DNA from: Candidatus Saccharimonas aalborgensis
Lineage (GTDB): Bacteria > Patescibacteriota > Saccharimonadia > Saccharimonadales > Saccharimonadaceae
Assembly (NCBI RefSeq): GCF_000392435.1
Contig: NC_021219.1
Coordinates: 360,001-392,000 of the forward strand
Direction of reading: 5' to 3'
DNA length: 32,000 bases
The translations under genes were made by a program, and so were the position numbers. The notes under the pieces were generated by a model. It made no database searches. It was not told the DNA's origin and was given only the letters and a program-made list of their open reading frames with translations. Positions 25,564 through 32,000 of the stretch are shown here, in pieces. The stretch's first letter is position 1. Each line of letters begins with the position of its first letter.

Positions 25564-26319
25564 TTATTCCCGTATATCCTTTCCAGTGAGATCGATAAAG
25601 ACGTCTTCGAGATTTGCCTGCTGGACAATCTGTTCCTTCTTAAAACCACGTCCCAGAAGTTTCTTAATCAAACCCTTTGGGGTATCTATCGTTATGATGT
25701 TACCCTCATCCATAATGGCAATACGATCACACAGAAGCTCTGCCTCATCCATATAGTGCGTCGTTAGTACCACGGTAATACCCCTACCCTTAATTGATTC
25801 GACCAGCTCCCAGAGATTTCGCCTTGCTTGCGGATCGAGGCCAGTCGTTGGCTCGTCAAGAAAGAGAACTTTTGGTTCATTCACAAGTGCAGCTGCGATA
25901 CTAAACCGCTGCTTTTGACCACCTGAGAGATTCTCGACGTACTCCTTTGCCTTATCGGTGAGCTGTACATCAGCAAGCAAAGCATCAACATCGGTGGTGA
26001 CCCCATAGAGGCCACAAAACATCTTGAGTTGTTCTCGTAATGTCAGTTTGTCAAAGAAACTTGTCGACTGTAGCTGGATGCCTATGATTTCCTTAACCTC
26101 GTCAGGATGTGCCGACACATCGATGTCGGCGACCGTTATGTTGCCACTATCAATTTCTCTCAATGCTTCGATCATCTCGAGAGTAGTTGTCTTACCGGCA
26201 CCGTTCGGGCCAAGTATGCCAAATATCTCTCCTTTTTTGACGTCAAAACTGATGGCGTTGACGACTGTCTTGTCCCCATACCGCTTGGTTAAGTTGTTCA
26301 CTGAAATAATATGATTCAT
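25564..26319 (-). CDS. ABC transporter ATP-binding protein
   Basis: Start is the ATG at 26319 (MNHIISVNNLTKRYG). Walker A GPNGAGKTT, signature LSGGQKQR, Walker B LFLDEPTTGLD, H-loop TTHYM. Confidence 0.93.
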   Translation of the reverse strand: MNHIISVNNLTKRYGDKTVVNAISFDVKKGEIFGILGPNGAGKTTTLEMIEALREIDSGNITVADIDVSAHPDEVKEIIGIQLQSTSFFDKLTLREQLKMFCGLYGVTTDVDALLADVQLTDKAKEYVENLSGGQKQRFSIAAALVNEPKVLFLDEPTTGLDPQARRNLWELVESIKGRGITVVLTTHYMDEAELLCDRIAIMDEGNIITIDTPKGLIKKLLGRGFKKEQIVQQANLEDVFIDLTGKDIRE

Positions 26320-26479
26320 TTTCTCAGTATAGCAGTAAGAGACACAAAAATACCTCGGTAGCGCATCCGACACGGAGAGCAACCGAGGTATTTTGGCACC
26401 TGTTTGTTTGTAACTCTAGTATATGGTGTTCATATAAAAAGCGCAAGCAATTTTATCCATGGATCTTTTCCACAGCAAA

Positions 26480-26504
26480 CCCCCGATCATCGATAGACCG
26501 GGGG
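26480..26504 (-). terminator. Hairpin terminator downstream of the 68-aa gene
   Basis: On the minus strand: CCCCCG-gtctatcgatgat-CGGGGG followed by TTTG. Confidence 0.55.
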
Positions 26505-26530
26505 CAAGTTATTCTTTTCTAGGATTGAGA

Positions 26531-26737
26531 CTATTTCTTCTTTGAAACAGTCAAGAAACCATTGCGTGGGTTCTCTTTAACAACGCGATCTGCGGGCAGA
26601 TCAACTGGAGTACCTTTTGCATTTTTCTCTACCTTCGCAAAGAAGTAGATGGTTTGTGGTTTACCACCGCGAAGAGTAACTTCCGTCTTGTGCAGGTAGT
26701 ATGTTACGCCCTTTGAATTCGTGTGCTTGTAAGCCAT
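26531..26737 (-). CDS. Small conserved-looking hypothetical protein (68 aa)
   Basis: MAYKHTNSKGVTYYLHKTEVTLRGGKPQTIYFFAKV... It has an RBS (aggaggtataactacATG) and its own terminator. Family not identified. Confidence 0.6.
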   Translation of the reverse strand: MAYKHTNSKGVTYYLHKTEVTLRGGKPQTIYFFAKVEKNAKGTPVDLPADRVVKENPRNGFLTVSKKK

Positions 26738-26830
26738 GTAGTTATACCTCCTATTAGCGTCTTACTCTAGTAGCTTAGCGCGTCTCGCCAACAGTGTCAA
26801 CACTTTTCACCCCTATTAGGGATGGATCGT

Positions 26831-27457
26831 TTATGCTTCCCTGTACCGTCTCTTGAGGAGAAGTCGTAGAAATATGATACCAGCTAATCTGAGTACAATC
26901 ACAATCAAGAGAGTAACTGCAAGCACTAGTGACCAACCGCCAAAATCGGGCGACCAAAGGGGAGACGAAAAATTGTACTTATACAGTGTAGGATTTGGCA
27001 ACGATACTTCTGGCAAGCCTGAGCTTGCAGGATGTTTGGCAAGTTCATTCATAAAACACTGCATATAGGCCGATGAATACCCGTGAAACTGCGGATGGCA
27101 CACCGCCTCTGCCTCAGCGTTGATCGTAGCACTTGCCGATGAAGCACGGGAGGCGGCATCGATGGCGGCTTTTGAGTCACGAGAGTACTGTTCTTGCAGA
27201 TAAAAATCACCCGTATCAGCGTTCATATGAGACGCTGCATATCGCTGTAAATCGTAAATCCGTGCTCTTATCTCGTTTGGATCACCAGTCCTGTCGGCAG
27301 CGAATACTGCCTCTCGCCGTTGAATCATGCCGACATTATTGAGTCTCAAGAATGACGCGACAAGGAATACAAATAAAAAGAGTGCGATGGCTAACTGCCA
27401 TGTTTTTATCATCTGTAGCTGTTTGACAGTCTTTCTGACTTGACGTGTATCAGACAT
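26831..27457 (-). CDS. Hypothetical bitopic membrane protein (TM at both termini)
   Basis: 208 aa. N-terminal TM is WQLAIALFLFVFLVASFL and C-terminal TM is WSLVLAVTLLIVIVLRLAGIIFL, with a soluble middle domain containing two Cys. Confidence 0.5.
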   Translation of the reverse strand: MSDTRQVRKTVKQLQMIKTWQLAIALFLFVFLVASFLRLNNVGMIQRREAVFAADRTGDPNEIRARIYDLQRYAASHMNADTGDFYLQEQYSRDSKAAIDAASRASSASATINAEAEAVCHPQFHGYSSAYMQCFMNELAKHPASSGLPEVSLPNPTLYKYNFSSPLWSPDFGGWSLVLAVTLLIVIVLRLAGIIFLRLLLKRRYREA

Positions 27458-27512
27458 GTAATTTTCCCACCTTGCACAGTATGCTCTCAGTATACCATGC
27501 GTCTAGACGATC

Positions 27513-28733
27513 TTACCGTGCAGAGCGCCACACGAACAGCATGATGAGTTCGTAGACGGCAGCAACTACAAACATACACTCCATACCGTGGCGATCACCA
27601 AGCCCAGACACAAATAGGGCAAACAACGTACTACCTAGTGCTGCGCCGAAATTGAGCATCATTTCGATATACATCAAGTAGGTGATGCGAAAGCCCGAGT
27701 CATCGGCCACGTCAAAGACTGCCCTAGTAAACGGCATTGCGTAGGCGCTCGTCGCAATCTCATTTGCAATATTCACCCCCATGACCGCTGAAGGAGAGGC
27801 TGTAAAGGGACGGAAGAGATGGATCATACTATTTGCGATGGTGCCCGCTGTGAGCAATATGCCACCTTTATGCCTATCGACAATCTGACCGAATGTCCAA
27901 GAGGCAACCAGTGAGATGAGAACGCCAAGAGAAGCAAGACTACCAAGCGTCGCATAAATCCCCTCCCCCATTCCCGAAAATATTACTGTGGTCGTAAACA
28001 ACAGCCACACTGTACCGCTAACGACAAAGTCAAAGCCGACCACAGTTTCTGCTATAAGTGTTGGCAGGGCGAGACGCCACGGGAAACCCGATAGTCGAAG
28101 CGTGGTGCGTGTTCGGGTCGGTTCAACTGATCGAAAGAGTGGAAAAGCAGCCAAGATAAACAGTACGCAAGCAACAATAATCGTAGCCTGAGGAGAATAA
28201 AGACTAGCAATAGTTCCACCAACCACTGGACTAATAATCTTGGCTGTTTTCTCCATGATCTGCATCGTACCGATTTCTTTGCCGGCGTGCTCGCTATGTT
28301 TTACCTTGCTGAAATCGATGGTATAGCAGAGATCATAAAGTGTTGCCGCCATCTGCTGGAAAAACCCAAACAATACGATGGCGACAATTGCTTGCTGAGA
28401 TGGCAAGACGGCGACAAGAGCAAAAGCAATCAGCGAAGGGATGCGTAATATATTCGCCAACAGAATACCATGCTTTGGTCCGAAATAAGCAGCATATTTG
28501 GCTGCAATAACTGCGAATGGAACCTTAAAGGCATACCATGCGGCATAAAACCACGCAATAAACTGAATGGAGTAACCTAACTTATAGAGGTAGACGGCAG
28601 CAAAGAGATTGACGATGTTGACAGCAAAGACCATGATGAGTCGCGACGTATACAGTTCTGCAATCTCATCAAATGAAACGCTGCGCCAATAGTGACGCGG
28701 CCTAAAGAAACGATGGATAAAACGCTGTAACAT
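27513..28733 (-). CDS. MFS-type transporter
   Basis: 406 aa with about 12 hydrophobic segments in a 6+6 arrangement and a central loop (RSVEPTRTRTTLR). Substrate unknown. Confidence 0.7.
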   Translation of the reverse strand: MLQRFIHRFFRPRHYWRSVSFDEIAELYTSRLIMVFAVNIVNLFAAVYLYKLGYSIQFIAWFYAAWYAFKVPFAVIAAKYAAYFGPKHGILLANILRIPSLIAFALVAVLPSQQAIVAIVLFGFFQQMAATLYDLCYTIDFSKVKHSEHAGKEIGTMQIMEKTAKIISPVVGGTIASLYSPQATIIVACVLFILAAFPLFRSVEPTRTRTTLRLSGFPWRLALPTLIAETVVGFDFVVSGTVWLLFTTTVIFSGMGEGIYATLGSLASLGVLISLVASWTFGQIVDRHKGGILLTAGTIANSMIHLFRPFTASPSAVMGVNIANEIATSAYAMPFTRAVFDVADDSGFRITYLMYIEMMLNFGAALGSTLFALFVSGLGDRHGMECMFVVAAVYELIMLFVWRSAR

Positions 28734-28800
28734 ATGGTCTGTTTATTTGATCAATGGTTGTCGTCAGTATATCACAATCAGCTCATGCTATACTACCTGC

Positions 28801-30060
28801 ATGAACATCTACTTTTCGGGCATCGGCGGCGTTGGGCTAGGACCGCTCGCAGAAATCGCTCGCGATGCTGGACATGGAGTATTCGGCTCGGACACGACCG
28901 AAAGTCTTACGACTGACGAATTGCTGCGTCAAAATATCCCATTTAGTACTGACCAATCTGGCGATTTCCTCACGCGGTGTCACGAACAAAAAAAGATTGA
29001 CTGGTTTGTCTATACGGCAGCGCTCGCTGATGACCACCCTGAGCTCATCATGGCCCGAAAGCTAGGTATCCCAATGAGCAAACGTGATGAGCTACTGACA
29101 CAAATCATAAAGGAAAAAAATCTCAAACTTATTGCAGTCGCGGGAACACACGGAAAAACGTCGACTACCGCATTGATGGTGTGGGTTTTGAACCAGCTAG
29201 GTGTCCCTATCAGCTATTCTGCCGGGAGCACGATTAGTTTTGGTCCAAGCGGGTTTTTTGATCCAGCGAGTTCCTATTTTGTCTACGAATGTGACGAGTA
29301 TGATCGAAACTTTTTGCACTTTCGCCCCTTCCTTACCCTGCTTACCTCTGTCGATTTCGATCATCCAGATACCTATCCCACCCAACGCGACTATGTAGAT
29401 GCCTTCTCGACATTTCTCGCTCAGTCGAATCAAGCTATCATGTGGCGGCGCGACACAGTTATCAATATTGTCCCGACTAAACGCTCCTGGATACTTGATG
29501 ACCGCGAAATTATTCCTTTTCAGGTGGCTGGCGAACACAACCGTGCAAACTCAACGCTCGTAGCGAAGGCCTGTGAGTTTTTGGGGCTAGGGGACGCTGA
29601 ACAGGTCAAAAGTGCTATAGAATCCTTCCCCGGCGCTTCCAGGCGATTTGAGAAACTGGCAGATAATCTCTATAGCGATTACGGCCACCACCCCGTCGAA
29701 GTTGCAGCGACACTCCAGCTTGCGAGAGAGCTTAACGATCACGTAGTGCTTGTCTATCAGCCGCATCAGAATACTCGCCAACATCAAGTGAGAAGCGGCT
29801 ATACCACTTGTATGCAGTTGGCAGAAACAATTTTCTGGCTCCCCACCTACCAATCGAGAGAAAATATGCTTCTCCCCATTCTCACTCCCGAGCAGCTCAC
29901 TGGGCGGCTCGTCAACCGAGGTGCTGTCCATTATGCTTCGCTTGATGAAACGTTATGGGGTCATATACAGCAGGCACGACAATTAAACAAACTCGTTCTT
30001 TGCATGGGAGCGGGCACTATCGATCACTGGGTGAGAGAGATGCTCGCTAGCTCTCCTTAA
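28801..30060 (+). CDS. murC: Mur ligase family, UDP-N-acetylmuramate--L-alanine ligase-like (MurC/Mpl type)
   Basis: Start is the ATG at 28801 (MNIYFSGIGGVGLGPLAEIARDAGHGVFGSD, the MurC N-terminal Rossmann motif). ATP site is VAGTHGKTSTTA. The central and C-terminal Mur ligase domains are present. At 419 aa it is somewhat short for MurC. Confidence 0.75.
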   Translation: MNIYFSGIGGVGLGPLAEIARDAGHGVFGSDTTESLTTDELLRQNIPFSTDQSGDFLTRCHEQKKIDWFVYTAALADDHPELIMARKLGIPMSKRDELLTQIIKEKNLKLIAVAGTHGKTSTTALMVWVLNQLGVPISYSAGSTISFGPSGFFDPASSYFVYECDEYDRNFLHFRPFLTLLTSVDFDHPDTYPTQRDYVDAFSTFLAQSNQAIMWRRDTVINIVPTKRSWILDDREIIPFQVAGEHNRANSTLVAKACEFLGLGDAEQVKSAIESFPGASRRFEKLADNLYSDYGHHPVEVAATLQLARELNDHVVLVYQPHQNTRQHQVRSGYTTCMQLAETIFWLPTYQSRENMLLPILTPEQLTGRLVNRGAVHYASLDETLWGHIQQARQLNKLVLCMGAGTIDHWVREMLASSP

Positions 30061-30860
30061 GTCGCCTGCTCAGTGAACTCCTCAAAAAAGAAATCATCAC
30101 CAAAAAACGCTCTTGTCACTATCTGTTCAACAGCCGGCGCTAGTGGAATCTGTGACATGGCAAGTGGTTCGATCCATTGTAAGTTGCTGGTTGCAACAAT
30201 GGCGTCAGTTTCGATACGGATAACGTGTAAAAGTATTTTTGATTCTACTATCTGTCTCTTTCCACCGTTAATCTTGATTAATTCACCTTCGACCATGTGA
30301 CCTCCGGGAGGTTCATCGCGATGTTCGTCAGTTTCTGCAAGTACCGTCACATAGCAATCACCAACATGTCGCAAAACATGCGGGTCAAATCTAAAAGAAT
30401 CATAACAAATACGACGCGCCGCTAACTCAATAGAATAGTCATCCGCTAAGATGTCTCCCGACGGCAACTCCCACCGATTGATACCTGGCTGTATATCACG
30501 TTTGCGAACAAGAAGCTTCCCGTAGCCATCTTGTATAATAAACGCCGCCTTGGTGATAGCCCTTGCAGATAATTCAGGATGATTTTGACTTGCTCGGAAA
30601 ATATAGCCACATCCTTTTTGAGTCAAATAGTACGTATTTCTGTTTTTTCTTATAAAATCGTTTTCGACGAGAACTTTCAGATGATACGTAAAGAGATTGG
30701 TAGCAACTTTTTGAGGTTTCATATCTATAAAGTGAGCTGATTCGTGCGTCGATAAGTACGTAACAATATAGTGTTGAATAGGGTGTTTTGGAGAGACTAA
30801 CTTACTCATAGATTGACTCAAAATTATTTCATTACTAATTTTTATCATACGTAAACACAC
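30057..30860 (-). CDS. Winged-HTH plus degenerate Nudix-fold domain; putative ligand-sensing regulator
   Basis: N-terminal wHTH: VATNLFTYHLKVLVENDFIRKNRNTYYLTQKG. The C-terminal Nudix-like box GDILADDYSIELAARRICYDSF has RE changed to RR and EE changed to YD, so the catalytic glutamates are missing. Confidence 0.55.
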   Translation of the reverse strand: MCLRMIKISNEIILSQSMSKLVSPKHPIQHYIVTYLSTHESAHFIDMKPQKVATNLFTYHLKVLVENDFIRKNRNTYYLTQKGCGYIFRASQNHPELSARAITKAAFIIQDGYGKLLVRKRDIQPGINRWELPSGDILADDYSIELAARRICYDSFRFDPHVLRHVGDCYVTVLAETDEHRDEPPGGHMVEGELIKINGGKRQIVESKILLHVIRIETDAIVATSNLQWIEPLAMSQIPLAPAVEQIVTRAFFGDDFFFEEFTEQAT

Positions 30861-30904
30861 TCATTTTGAAAAGCATTTGATAGAAATATACGGAATAACT
30901 GCTC

Positions 30905-31465
30905 CTAGCGAGCTATTTTTTCGGTACTAAAGTGCCCCGCCGGTACTGGTTCCCATGCGGTCAAAAACTCATCGAAGGCCTTTAGGTGGGTCGTGCGAAT
31001 ATTTGAAAAAACTTGTGAGTCAGAGAGCTGTTCAATCTCGCTACGAGATAGCCAGCGAATGTCTTGTGATTCATCTGCGGCCAACGGAAGTGTTGGCTCC
31101 GAATGTGTCGTAAAAAGATATACCGTATCGGTGTGCCAATGATCTGGAGTATTTGCGTTCATATGTGTATCTAGGAAAAACGGTTGCGGATGAATGGTGA
31201 TGTCATCGATCCCTTCCTGATGTATTCTTAGCGGTGGCTGGAGGACATACAGATCCTTAATATCATAGCCAGCTTCCTCTGCAATCTCATGAATAACTGC
31301 ATCCCATGGTGATTCATCCAGCTCAACATGACCACCGACACAAATGAGTGTGGCAAGTTTTTTGTGCATATGCAGGAGAGCCTTTGGCTCCTTGCCATCG
31401 ACTCGAATGATATGTGCGGCGACTGTCATGTCATGCTGACCAGGATTGGTATGTATATGGGCCAT
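30905..31465 (-). CDS. Nudix hydrolase
   Basis: Near-canonical Nudix box GHVELDESPWDAVIHEIAEEAGY (Gx5Ex7[R>H]EUxEExGU). I chose the ATG at 31465; the ORF-track GTG start is at 31483. Confidence 0.8.
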   Translation of the reverse strand: MAHIHTNPGQHDMTVAAHIIRVDGKEPKALLHMHKKLATLICVGGHVELDESPWDAVIHEIAEEAGYDIKDLYVLQPPLRIHQEGIDDITIHPQPFFLDTHMNANTPDHWHTDTVYLFTTHSEPTLPLAADESQDIRWLSRSEIEQLSDSQVFSNIRTTHLKAFDEFLTAWEPVPAGHFSTEKIAR

Positions 31466-31469
31466 ATAG

Positions 31470-32000
31470 CTATTGTACCTCACCGTGTACCAACCTAGCG
31501 GAGAGATAGTGCACCTTTCTTCCCTCTCCCAGCCAGCGCTGCTCGTAGGTTGTCATAGTATAAGCATCGTCGTCGGACAATGAAGCATGAAGATCATTAG
31601 TTTCAGTAACAATACGCCAACCATTGTCAACGAGCTGCTGCTTACTCCATTCGAAAAACTCTTGATTGTCATGCTTAAGATGGAGTAGGCCCGTCGGGAT
31701 GAGAAGCCGTTGGTAGCATTTCAGAAATGTGGCGTGCGTAAGTCGACGCCCCTCACTACGTTTTTTTGGAAATGGATCAGGGAAGGTTATCCATAACTCC
31801 CTCACGCTGTGTGCATTCAGTAGGTCGCCGATTTGATCAGCTCTCGCACGAATGAAACTGACGTTTGGGATGTTATTTTCGAGTGCATAGTACGCGCCTT
31901 TTTGAAGTCGATCACCCTTGACATCAATTGCAATTACTCTTGCCCTAGGATGGCGACGAGCAATTTGCGCACTAAACAGTCCGGTACCTGCACCCACCTC
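31470..32000 (-). CDS. trmB: tRNA (guanine46-N7)-methyltransferase TrmB; its N-terminus lies beyond the right window edge
   Basis: SAM motif (E)VGAGTGLFSAQIARRHP, followed by ITFPDPFPKKRSEGRRL, the TrmB signature FPDPWxKxRHxKRR-like. Confidence 0.85.
   Translation of the reverse strand, partial: EVGAGTGLFSAQIARRHPRARVIAIDVKGDRLQKGAYYALENNIPNVSFIRARADQIGDLLNAHSVRELWITFPDPFPKKRSEGRRLTHATFLKCYQRLLIPTGLLHLKHDNQEFFEWSKQQLVDNGWRIVTETNDLHASLSDDDAYTMTTYEQRWLGEGRKVHYLSARLVHGEVQ

Noticed and set aside
26775-26957. 60-aa minus-strand ORF overlapping the end of the 208-aa membrane protein gene
   Set aside because: It is an alternative frame of the 26831..27457 gene region, with no independent support.

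Overview
The window is a gene-dense bacterial chromosome segment, mostly housekeeping genes. On the minus strand it carries a CIRCE/HrcA-controlled hrcA-(small membrane ORF)-grpE-dnaK heat-shock locus, then lepA, murJ, ftsH and tilS. Further right are a DivIC/FtsB-like gene, an ABC-2 exporter pair, an MFS transporter, a MurC-family ligase, two Nudix-fold genes and trmB. The short forms of several proteins (HrcA, TilS, MurC) and the frequent start/stop overlaps suggest a reduced genome, possibly CPR/Saccharibacteria-like; this is an impression only and was not verified. The main accessory feature is a ~4.55 kb lambda-style integrative element (about 14546..19113). It carries a tyrosine integrase, an excisionase, four unknown cargo genes and a complete tRNA(CAU). 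It sits inside a host tRNA(CAU) gene that it splits at the anticodon loop. The element does not rebuild the tRNA 3' half, so its own tRNA copy looks like a replacement. Other items worth a second look: (1) a translationally coupled small-ORF / UmuC-like Y-family polymerase / 392-aa unknown operon with a perfect 10-bp inverted repeat upstream; (2) a divergent fusion of an unknown N-terminal domain to a 5'(3')-deoxyribonucleotidase; (3) a membrane protein / ATP-cone / Lpd-like flavoprotein operon in which the flavoprotein has lost both redox cysteines and the catalytic histidine; (4) a 19-bp duplicate of the initiator tRNA 3' end that looks like an old att scar; (5) a wHTH-pseudo-Nudix regulator next to an active-looking Nudix hydrolase. 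I saw no CRISPR array, rRNA or transposase. All calls rest on reading the sequence and recalling family motifs; no searches were run.
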